The notes under the pieces were generated by a model. The model did no database searches. It was given only the letters and a program-made list of their open reading frames with translations, and had not been told where the DNA came from. Below are positions 15,642 through 23,484 of a DNA stretch of 32,000 nucleotides, one piece after another. How positions within the stretch are numbered: position 1 is the stretch's first letter; each line of letters begins with the position of its first letter. Origin of the DNA: Candidatus Iainarchaeum sp. (GTDB lineage Archaea > Iainarchaeota > Iainarchaeia > Iainarchaeales > VGJJ01). The stretch covers positions 1 to 32,000 of the forward strand of contig JAUYHT010000002.1 in assembly GCA_030688545.1 (NCBI GenBank), written 5' to 3'. A program made the translations under genes and the position numbers.

Positions 15642-15741
15642 CTGATTTGGAGAATGGATGCCATCTCCAGGTCTACCAAACCGTGCAGGCGTACGCATAA
15701 AAAGAGGTGCTTGACCCAGTTTTCATGAGGTGGGAGGAAGG

Positions 15742-18411
15742 TTATTGGTCTGGGATAGAGATTTTCGAGGAACTTGAAATGACGACTCCATCCTCAAAGC
15801 CGTATCCATATCCGAATCCGTAGCTGAGCCCCCGCAAGCGGTCTAAAACCCCTTGCAGCTCGGGCACCCATTGGTAAGCCTCGAGCGTAATGGTTTTCGA
15901 TGCATCCCCTCGTGTAATGGTCACTTTTTCAGTTTGCCCATCCGCACACCCCGGACACCCAAACGTGTCAGGGAGGGTTTGGAAGGAAGCCCAATCCACT
16001 TCCTCTGCGGTGTCAAAATAGGTGCTGCCTGCCGCACGGGTTTCTGTTTTTATCTCGCCTTGCTCGGGAGAGAAATGCTGGATGGTCAACGCTTCCGCAT
16101 CCAATACCACTTGATCATACGGGCAGGCGTTATCCTTGCAAAATCCTCCGCCCCGCCAATACGTGAAAGAATAATCCCCCGGCACGGGGTTGAAACGGAT
16201 TTCTTTGATTTGGTTCAGGGTGGATATGTCATGCGCCTGGATGAGTTTAGGGGACACCGTATAGAGTGTATCTCCGATGGTTAGCGCGCGGCGCACGCGA
16301 TATTCCTCTCCAAAATAATACCCGCGTTTCAGGTCGTCCTCTTGCGTAAGGTGGGTGATGCGTCCGCGCTCGACAAACCCATTATCTAAATCAACCTGGT
16401 ACACGAATGCTCCCTGGAACACTGGTTCCCCGTAGGGGGGGAAATCCATCCACGGATTCTCATCCCTTTGGGTTTCGTATTGCTGCTTCACGTCTTCCGT
16501 AATCTCATGCAATTGGATGGGCAGCACCAATAAGCCTTTTTCTTTATCAAAGAGGAAGGCCTTGTGGTCGTATAGCACATCCGAATCCGTGCCCCGATCA
16601 CCAATCACAACCGAATGCAACTGGATGGGGTTTTTCACATCTGAGACATCGAATATCGCCATCTTCATCCCCAAGTACCAGGCGAAATCATTCTTACCTG
16701 ATTCGAGGGCGTCCTTGCCTATCCCGATGAGGTGTGTCTCATCATACGGGTGCAAATAATTGGAATACCCGGGGATCTTGAGTTTTCCAAGCACTGTGGG
16801 ATTGCGTGGGTTGCTTAAATCCAAAACAAATAATGGGTCCACATTCTTGAATGTCACGAGATAGCCCCTATCTCCCATGAAGCGGGCGGAATAAATTTGC
16901 TCACCGGGGGCTAAACCATCCAATACTCCCACGGGCGCCATGGCCGGATTGAATATGGTGACGCGGCTCTCCGTTTTTGAGGTTTCCATCCCACGGAAAT
17001 CCCATTGACCATCCACCGTGGTGGCGATGCGGAAGAATCCATTATGGGCGTCCATAGAGAACTGATTGAGCACTCGGCCTATGGCCTTTCCCTGGCCTAC
17101 GTATTCAACTGTATTCCCCTTCAAATCAAATTTATGGATAATGGTTTGAGGGGGTTGATACACGTATTCGGGGGGCACTGGAAAAGTTTCAGGGATCTCC
17201 GGAGCGGGCTCTATTTCAGGGGGATTCTCTGGAGCAACCGGGGGTCGTTCTTGTTCATCACTCGGGAGGGGGGTTTGGGTATCCTCATCCGGGGTTGTGG
17301 GAGGAGAAGGATCGGAACTTGAACCACCTGAAACGGAACCGGGTTCAGCTCTGCCAACCATGAGGGGCATGGGCAATCCAACCCCCCATTCGGAGGAGGC
17401 GAGGTACATACTATTCTCCGACGCGTACACCGTTTGGGCGGAACCCACAATGGTCTCCTGGTTCACGCGCAAGGTATCCAAACGCATGGCAGCGAGGGTG
17501 ATGAACTGCTCCGCCTGGATGGGGGGAATATAGCCAATTCTCTCAGGGGCCGCAATGGGTCTAATTACTCCATCTTCTTCCATCTGGGGAATAATAGGGA
17601 TGTCTTTGGCATTAGGTGTATCCATTTGTGCCCAAATTTGATATTGGGGGTATGATGTAATTACGAAATACACTTGTTTACCTATCATGCGGGAGGAGAG
17701 ATACGTGCCCTCATAGGCCAAATCCTTCTCAAGGGTGGGGTTGGAACGGTCTGAAATATCATACACCTGCACCACGGCCTTAGAGATGCTCCAATAGGGG
17801 GGATAGATGGCCGAATCGATTGCAATGCGGGTTTCGCCTTCACGACCTTTTTCACTGTATGGATAGGGATAATCTCCTTGTTCCTGCTTGGTGCCGAAAA
17901 GGATGAGTTGGTTCCCATTCACAAACATCTCCTGGGGATAGATATTATCCAAGGGAATACGAGTGACCACATTGGTTTCACCCGCGGGATAGGCTTTCAC
18001 GATGGCCACGCTGTTCTTGTAAAACGCGTAGATATAAGTCCCATCCGTTTTCACGATATCGGCCTCATCCACGCCTTGCACTTGCACGTTCGTTTGAGAG
18101 TAATTGTTTCCACTCGGTGAAGGGGAAGCGTCTCCACTTCCTTCTGCCGCGGAAGGGGCGCGGGCCGCATTATCCATCGTCATTATCATTTTAGAGGAGA
18201 ACCCACGCGATTGCGCGTCCTGAAACGCGGCGACAATGGCTTGCTCATTCTCAAAACGGTAAATCTTGTCTTCCAGCTTGGGCTGGCCGGGCAATATCGT
18301 GGGATTCATCACCGCGAGCCCCGCGATAACTACCCCCACCAGTATCAATACCGCCAAAATGGTTACACTTCCTCTTTGCATGCTGTTCGCCTCCAAGCCT
18401 ATGGGTTGCAT
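15742..18411 (-). CDS. Membrane-anchored extracellular beta-propeller domain protein (COG4880 / Beta_propel-type)
   Basis: The N-terminal anchor is MQRGSVTILAVLILVGVVIAGLAV. The block YSQTNVQVQGVDEADIVKTDGTYIYAF is the hallmark N-terminal motif of this family. There is a Pro/Glu-rich linker. ATG 18411 fits the TATA box at 18432..18443 better than ATG 18417. Confidence 0.75.
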   Translation of the reverse strand: MQPIGLEANSMQRGSVTILAVLILVGVVIAGLAVMNPTILPGQPKLEDKIYRFENEQAIVAAFQDAQSRGFSSKMIMTMDNAARAPSAAEGSGDASPSPSGNNYSQTNVQVQGVDEADIVKTDGTYIYAFYKNSVAIVKAYPAGETNVVTRIPLDNIYPQEMFVNGNQLILFGTKQEQGDYPYPYSEKGREGETRIAIDSAIYPPYWSISKAVVQVYDISDRSNPTLEKDLAYEGTYLSSRMIGKQVYFVITSYPQYQIWAQMDTPNAKDIPIIPQMEEDGVIRPIAAPERIGYIPPIQAEQFITLAAMRLDTLRVNQETIVGSAQTVYASENSMYLASSEWGVGLPMPLMVGRAEPGSVSGGSSSDPSPPTTPDEDTQTPLPSDEQERPPVAPENPPEIEPAPEIPETFPVPPEYVYQPPQTIIHKFDLKGNTVEYVGQGKAIGRVLNQFSMDAHNGFFRIATTVDGQWDFRGMETSKTESRVTIFNPAMAPVGVLDGLAPGEQIYSARFMGDRGYLVTFKNVDPLFVLDLSNPRNPTVLGKLKIPGYSNYLHPYDETHLIGIGKDALESGKNDFAWYLGMKMAIFDVSDVKNPIQLHSVVIGDRGTDSDVLYDHKAFLFDKEKGLLVLPIQLHEITEDVKQQYETQRDENPWMDFPPYGEPVFQGAFVYQVDLDNGFVERGRITHLTQEDDLKRGYYFGEEYRVRRALTIGDTLYTVSPKLIQAHDISTLNQIKEIRFNPVPGDYSFTYWRGGGFCKDNACPYDQVVLDAEALTIQHFSPEQGEIKTETRAAGSTYFDTAEEVDWASFQTLPDTFGCPGCADGQTEKVTITRGDASKTITLEAYQWVPELQGVLDRLRGLSYGFGYGYGFEDGVVISSSSKISIPDQ

Positions 18412-18534
18412 GTACACCCCTTCCCTGCCCGCCTTTATATATCGCCGCGAATGCGAAGGGAATCGCCTTTCCCCAGTGACAGGAAAGGAAATCCTAACCT
18501 AATTTCCGGCTAAATTGACATCCATTTTCCAATC

Positions 18535-18546
18535 CATTAAATAGTA
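18535..18546 (+). promoter_or_regulatory. TATA box (CCATTAAATAGT)
   Basis: The first T (18537) is 29 nt upstream of ATG 18566. Confidence 0.5.
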
Positions 18547-18565
18547 GTAAGTATTTCAATTTGCC

Positions 18566-19222
18566 ATGCCTAATTCCCATGCTCGAAAACCAGGGAGTCG
18601 TAAAACTACATCTCCGCCTCGGCGCCATCGGGCGGTATCCGGTCGATCAGTAGCCGCTCGAATGCTCGGCCGGGCCCGGACCATGCCGTGGATGTTATCA
18701 CCAAAAATGTTGCGAGTATACAACCAGTATATCCTCGCCATAATGCAAGAACATATTCTAATGGGTCAAACAAAAGACGTTGTCCGTGAAAGAGTTTCAA
18801 ATATCAAAAATATTCGTGAAGCTGTAAAATCGGTAGAAAAGAAGAACCAGTTTTTGAAAGGTCCAAAATATAGAGGGATTTGGGCCCTATTCGTAAAACA
18901 TGTTCGTAAACCGGCCCATCTATCTATGTTTCCAGTTTTTTTAGAAAATTTATCCGCAATTAATCAGCATGGAAGAGCTAGATTTACAAATGAAAAAGTT
19001 AGATTGGTTCTTAGAATATCTGGACCTGAATTTGTAAACTTTTTGGTGGAGGCTGGACCTTATGAAGCGGCAAAGTTTGTGGAATATGTCGGTGCTGAAT
19101 GGGCTGGACGTTATATTAATCGGAATGGTGGATTTCTGACAGTAGCAGATATTCACCTTCATGGTGGCGTATCAAATTTTGCCAGATTCCATAATATCAA
19201 ATACAATAATATAATGCCATAA
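18566..19222 (+). CDS. Hypothetical protein with an Arg-rich N-terminal tail
   Basis: 218 aa. The start is supported by TATA spacing. The first ~55 codons are GC-rich and encode a basic, low-complexity stretch; the rest is AT-rich. I recognise no family. Confidence 0.5.
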   Translation: MPNSHARKPGSRKTTSPPRRHRAVSGRSVAARMLGRARTMPWMLSPKMLRVYNQYILAIMQEHILMGQTKDVVRERVSNIKNIREAVKSVEKKNQFLKGPKYRGIWALFVKHVRKPAHLSMFPVFLENLSAINQHGRARFTNEKVRLVLRISGPEFVNFLVEAGPYEAAKFVEYVGAEWAGRYINRNGGFLTVADIHLHGGVSNFARFHNIKYNNIMP

Positions 19223-19310
19223 TATAACTCAGAACTTATATGAATCCCTTTGTTTCACCATTTGCGACACCACCGGTTTGTTTTTATTTAAGTAACCGAA
19301 TAATGCTATC

Positions 19311-19730
19311 ATGGAAAAAGAATGCGTATTCTGCCAGATCGTTTCGGGCCAGATCCCATCCCACAAGGTATACGAAGATGACTCCTTCCTGGCTTTCCTG
19401 GACATCGATCCCATTTCACTCGGACATACTTTAATCATTCCCAAAACCCATTCGACTACTCTATTAGAGGCGAATCAAAAAGTCCGCGCGGGGATGATTG
19501 AGATGGTGGCGCGATTAGCGCCAGGAATTCTCAAAGCAGTGGGTGCTCCCGCTTTCAATGTGGGAATCAACACCGGCAAAGAGGCCGGACAGATCATCTT
19601 TCACACGCACGTCCATGTGATCCCCCGATTCCCGCAGGATGGATTGAGATCCTGGGGACGCGCGGCTAACCTATCCCCCAACCTTCCTGACATCGCCCAA
19701 AAAATACGACGAGCGTTGGAATCGAAATAA
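19311..19730 (+). CDS. HIT-family (histidine triad) nucleotide hydrolase/transferase
   Basis: The N-terminus is MEKECVFCQIVSG...; the histidine triad is HTHVHVIPR. A TTTATTTAAG box lies upstream. Confidence 0.85.
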   Translation: MEKECVFCQIVSGQIPSHKVYEDDSFLAFLDIDPISLGHTLIIPKTHSTTLLEANQKVRAGMIEMVARLAPGILKAVGAPAFNVGINTGKEAGQIIFHTHVHVIPRFPQDGLRSWGRAANLSPNLPDIAQKIRRALESK

Positions 19731-20410
19731 TGCTTATTAAGCGCGATACGCCCAATCCCCTCGTGCCTACGAAAACGACATCGTACACCCTTACCTTTGG
19801 TCATTCCCCGGAAGGGCGGCCCGAGGTATATGATTTCCTCTGGGAACACCTGGCACCATTCCTATCAACGATGGGCGAAAAACGCGTGCGTGTCACCATG
19901 GGATTGGATAACCCCATTACCCATTGGTACCGCGCCTGCGGCTGTTCCTTGGAGGAAATGGATTCCCTCCTCCGAAAATTTTCTTCCGACAAACGCTTTT
20001 CCCACCGCGTCCATCTGAATGCCCAAAAACCATTTTTGGAAACGCGTATTCCCGTGGAAAAACTGGATAACTTGCTGAACGCCCACAATATCCTCTTCGA
20101 ATATCTCTTTCCCCATATCCAAATTGAAGGGAAGAAGGTGCGCATTGATTTCGATCCGGCGGAAGAGAATGCGATATGGCTGTCCACGGATGCCACCCTT
20201 GGGAAGAAAGGAATGTCATTCCTCGCACGATCCATGTCTAATCCCCTTCATTTATCCGAACGATTGCCTATTTCCAAGAGTTTGATAGATGCTACCCCCC
20301 GAAAAACAAAAAAAAGTTCTTCCCGGAAAAAACCATCCCATCTTCCTTCCAGTAAAACCTCATCCCATTCACGTTCCCAAACCAAAAAGACCAGGAGTCA
20401 CCATCGATGA
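19730..20410 (+). CDS. Hypothetical protein with a Ser/Lys/Arg-rich C-terminal tail
   Basis: 226 aa. A TAATG overlap links it to the HIT gene. The tail is TPRKTKKSSSRKKPSHLPSSKTSSHSRSQTKKTRSHHR. Confidence 0.5.
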   Translation: MLIKRDTPNPLVPTKTTSYTLTFGHSPEGRPEVYDFLWEHLAPFLSTMGEKRVRVTMGLDNPITHWYRACGCSLEEMDSLLRKFSSDKRFSHRVHLNAQKPFLETRIPVEKLDNLLNAHNILFEYLFPHIQIEGKKVRIDFDPAEENAIWLSTDATLGKKGMSFLARSMSNPLHLSERLPISKSLIDATPRKTKKSSSRKKPSHLPSSKTSSHSRSQTKKTRSHHR

Positions 20411-20919
20411 TCATGACGGGAAACCATACTACGGCCCTCATGCACCTGCTGGCATGGACTGAACTTCATCGGCTCCGCGTCACCCAAACCTGGTCCATTA
20501 CCAAGATAAGGGCCGAGCAAACTGTCATCCTCCACCCCACTTCTCATGACCAGCGGGAGGGCAAATTTGATTTCTATGCGGAAACCCCTACCAAAACCAT
20601 TGGATTTGAGGTCCTCACCCGCCCCAGCAAAGGCAAGCTCCTCAAGAAATTCATCTACCGCCCCGAAGTGGACGAATTCGTATTCATCCTTCCCAACGAT
20701 GCCCTATCCAAATACAGGCGCAAGGAACGCTTCGGGAGACGTGTTCAATCCCACTTCCTCCTGCCCTCCCAGTTTGGGGAAAGAGGATTATTCGTCTGGC
20801 TCATCGACCTCCAAGATCGGCGGATCGTCGCCAAGGAACCCTTTTTCAAAATATATAATGTGGACCCCAATGGCCATGCTCCCAAAAAAGGGAAGAAATC
20901 GCGTCGCAGACGGACCTAA
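20407..20919 (+). CDS. Hypothetical protein with a basic C-terminus
   Basis: 170 aa. An ATGA overlap links it to the upstream gene. I could not confirm any clean catalytic motif. Confidence 0.5.
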   Translation: MIMTGNHTTALMHLLAWTELHRLRVTQTWSITKIRAEQTVILHPTSHDQREGKFDFYAETPTKTIGFEVLTRPSKGKLLKKFIYRPEVDEFVFILPNDALSKYRRKERFGRRVQSHFLLPSQFGERGLFVWLIDLQDRRIVAKEPFFKIYNVDPNGHAPKKGKKSRRRRT

Positions 20920-20921
20920 TT

Positions 20922-21166
20922 GTCCAGTTTCGATTGGACCAACCGAGGGTCTACCGAGGGATTTTCAATCCCTCGATAAATCAATTAAAACAATGGCCCT
21001 TTAGCTCAGCAGTCCAATTTCGTTTGGACCAACCGAGGGACATCCCCGTGGGGTTTTTCAAACCCACGATAGATCAATTAAGCCATGGCCCCGCAACTGG
21101 CCCGTTTCGGCGGCACGCTTTCGCGCGTGCAGGACGAGGGACTACAATGGGGGTTTAACAACCCCC
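20922..21166 (+). repeat. Three tandem two-hairpin modules (first two with a 90-nt period) interleaved with decayed copies of the tRNA-Arg 5' end
   Basis: Unit 1 is gtcca-gtttcgat-tggac (20922..20939) with cgagggatt-ttc-aatccctcg (20955..20975). Unit 2 is gtcca-atttcgtt-tggac (21012..21029) with cgtgggg...cccacg (21047..21068). Unit 3 is gcacgc-tttcgc-gcgtgc (21113..21130) with gggggtt-taac-aaccccc (21149..21166). The tRNA 5' relics are ggccctttagctcagc (20995..21010) and ggccccg (21087..21093). Confidence 0.8.
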
Positions 21167-21191
21167 AGTAGGCCTGAATTAGGAAAGTGCC

Positions 21192-21266
21192 GGCCCCGTA
21201 GCTCAGCCTGGATAGAGCAACTGCCTTCTAAGCAGGAGGTCGAGGGTTCAAATCCCTCCGGGGCCG
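21192..21266 (+). tRNA. tRNA-Arg(UCU): tRNA-Arg, anticodon UCU
   Basis: Folds as ggccccg/cggggcc acceptor, gctc/gagc D stem, CTTCTAA anticodon loop, and gaggg-ttcaaat-ccctc T arm. Total 75 nt. Confidence 0.9.
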
Positions 21267-21348
21267 TAGAAATGAAAAAATACTCTAGCTACCAAAATCA
21301 ACCTACCCATTGAAACAGCCTTAGAATTAACGAAAAATCGGGGCATTG

Positions 21349-21359
21349 CATTAAATAGG
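21349..21359 (+). promoter_or_regulatory. TATA box (CATTAAATAGG)
   Basis: The first T (21351) is 29 nt upstream of ATG 21380. Confidence 0.5.
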
Positions 21360-21379
21360 TGCGTCGCCATGCCTGCCAC

Positions 21380-22582
21380 ATGATTGGGAAGCTCGCAATT
21401 GTTTTTCTCCTTTTATTTTTACTGGGCTGTGTCAACACCCCTAACGAGTCGAATGATCGTGGAAACATCCCAAGTGGAAATTCTCCCGCGACAACAAATA
21501 ATTCATTTAATCCAGATGTTCCGAATCAACCCACTTCAAACGGACAGCCATACAATGCCGGGGATACTGTCGGGAATACCATAGAAAATTGTGACAATCC
21601 TATCTTCACTGCGTATTTTGTCGATCCCAAATATGTGCAAAAGGTCGGACAAGTGGGAGTAGTTCACGGATCGGGGCTGTATATTGTGGAACGCTCATAT
21701 GTTAGCGTAAAAATTGAGTTTAGCGGAGAAAAAATTCCTGTTTACGCTCCCGTAGACTTGACGCTTCGCTCGGGAAGCCATTACCAGAATCCAGCGGCAT
21801 CAAACACCGCGCTACCTGATTATGCATTATGGTTTGACGCGGGATGTGGAGTGGAAGTGAATTTGGCGCACCTGAAGGAAGTCGTGGATCCCATTGCGAA
21901 ACAATTACTCCAAGTAAAAACGGACAGCCGAAGCAGTCAGCTAACTCCAATTACTTTCCGAGCAGGTGATATCATTGGGCACTTTATTCACAACGAAGGA
22001 GATGTAGCGGGATTTGATTTTATCGTGCGCGATAAGAAGGTGATTAATGAATTTATCAACCCCGAACGATATTCAGGAAACCGGGCATCCAACCTCCTTA
22101 ACGGCGTTTGTCCGTATGATTATTACGAATCCGAGAAGAAACAGGAATACTACAACCTCCTCGGAGGGGGCGGGGGAACGTTGTTCACTGTCAAGGACTG
22201 CGGACGCTCTTCGCGCGATGTGATCGGAACGATTTCTGGAATGTGGTTTTTAGACAAAGAACCCCAAGAAAACATCTATGACGGCTACAAAGACGGAGAC
22301 TATGGTAGTACGCTCTCCATAGTGGGGGATGAAGAACGAATTACAATCGGCAACCTGGGACCCAATCCCACGTCATGGGTTTATCCTACGAACCCCACCT
22401 ACACGTTGCCGGAAAAAGTAATCGATGAGCATTGCTACCAAATCGACGGGTATAATCCAAGTCAAAATGCAGGTTGGGTATACATCAAACTTATCTCAAG
22501 TACGGAAGCCCGCGTTTCCTACTCTCCAACAGGAACGTGCCCGGATTCATTCCCAGAAAGTAGCAAGGTCTATTACAAATGA
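21380..22582 (+). CDS. Lipoprotein-like secreted protein, unknown function
   Basis: MIGKLAIVFLLLFLLGCVNTP carries a lipobox-like LLGC, followed by a low-complexity N/P/S/T linker. The track ORF starts at GTG 21359. Confidence 0.6.
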   Translation: MIGKLAIVFLLLFLLGCVNTPNESNDRGNIPSGNSPATTNNSFNPDVPNQPTSNGQPYNAGDTVGNTIENCDNPIFTAYFVDPKYVQKVGQVGVVHGSGLYIVERSYVSVKIEFSGEKIPVYAPVDLTLRSGSHYQNPAASNTALPDYALWFDAGCGVEVNLAHLKEVVDPIAKQLLQVKTDSRSSQLTPITFRAGDIIGHFIHNEGDVAGFDFIVRDKKVINEFINPERYSGNRASNLLNGVCPYDYYESEKKQEYYNLLGGGGGTLFTVKDCGRSSRDVIGTISGMWFLDKEPQENIYDGYKDGDYGSTLSIVGDEERITIGNLGPNPTSWVYPTNPTYTLPEKVIDEHCYQIDGYNPSQNAGWVYIKLISSTEARVSYSPTGTCPDSFPESSKVYYK

Positions 22583-22804
22583 CCCTATAGACCAAAAGGC
22601 GTTTCATTTTCCTTTTCACGATAGAGTTATTTCATTTCAGCACCAAAATAACCTCAAAGTTAAGGGGTTATTATAGCTTATTTTGCCCACCAAGGCTCGC
22701 TCCCCAGGTTGATTTTATCTGGAATATCTGGAATTGGATTGAGGATTAATATCAATCCCCATCCAAGCGACCATTAAATACAGTTGCGAAGCATATAGAA
22801 TGAC

Positions 22805-23416
22805 ATGCGTGTCCTCCTCTTCGGGTTTGAGAAATTCGATATATTGCCAACCAATCCTTCAGAGGATGTTGTCAAACGATTATCCAAATCACTGGAGAAT
22901 ATTCATGATGTCCGATTTGAAATCCTTCCTACCATTTTTTCGGGCGACGATAATTCGGCCACTCGTATCGAAAAAGCGATTATGGATTTCCAACCGGAAA
23001 TGATTCTCGGGTTTGGGGTTTCCGGCCGATCCCGCATTACCATTGAAGCGATTGCCTTGAACAAGATAGACTCTCCCAAAAAGGACAACGCTGGCAAAAT
23101 TTATCGGCACATCCCCATTCGTCCTTCTTCCCCGCTCGCATTGGAGACCTCATTTGATGTACAAGGTTTGACCCATTTCTTAATATCGAAAAATATTCCG
23201 GCGACCGTTTCATATTTCGCCGATACCTATGTATGCAATTTTGTCTATTTTCACTGCCTAGATTTCATTCGTGAAAAAGGATTAGATATGCCATGCGTCT
23301 TCATCCATATTCCCCCTTCTCCCCGCGAGGTAAACGCATTGGATGCCAACTATCCCTCATTCCCAGCCGAAATGATTGCAAATGCCATGGGTGAATATTT
23401 GAATAATCAGAAATGA
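22805..23416 (+). CDS. pcp: Pyrrolidone-carboxylate (pyroglutamyl) peptidase I
   Basis: The N-terminus is MRVLLFGFEKFDILPTNPSE. The Cys context is DTYVCNFVYFH and the His context is CVFIHIPP, about 200 aa in all. This fits the peptidase C15 layout. Confidence 0.8.
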   Translation: MRVLLFGFEKFDILPTNPSEDVVKRLSKSLENIHDVRFEILPTIFSGDDNSATRIEKAIMDFQPEMILGFGVSGRSRITIEAIALNKIDSPKKDNAGKIYRHIPIRPSSPLALETSFDVQGLTHFLISKNIPATVSYFADTYVCNFVYFHCLDFIREKGLDMPCVFIHIPPSPREVNALDANYPSFPAEMIANAMGEYLNNQK

Positions 23417-23484
23417 TGGGGAGTGATTGGATTCGTTTTAGGTCACCGATGCGCATCGAATTTCCCGAAAGCATCCTTAACTTT

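Noticed and set aside
18418-18565. Possible ncRNA in the 148-nt divergent intergenic region
   Set aside because: The two outward-facing TATA boxes (18432..18443 and 18535..18546) account for the ends of the region. I could find no conserved RNA family signature or stable extended structure by eye.
20934-21158. Track ORF of 74 aa with internally repeated peptide (LDQPR...)
   Set aside because: It lies entirely within the tandem hairpin modules upstream of tRNA-Arg. The repeated peptide is a translation artefact of the 90-nt DNA repeat, and no promoter sits at the usual spacing.
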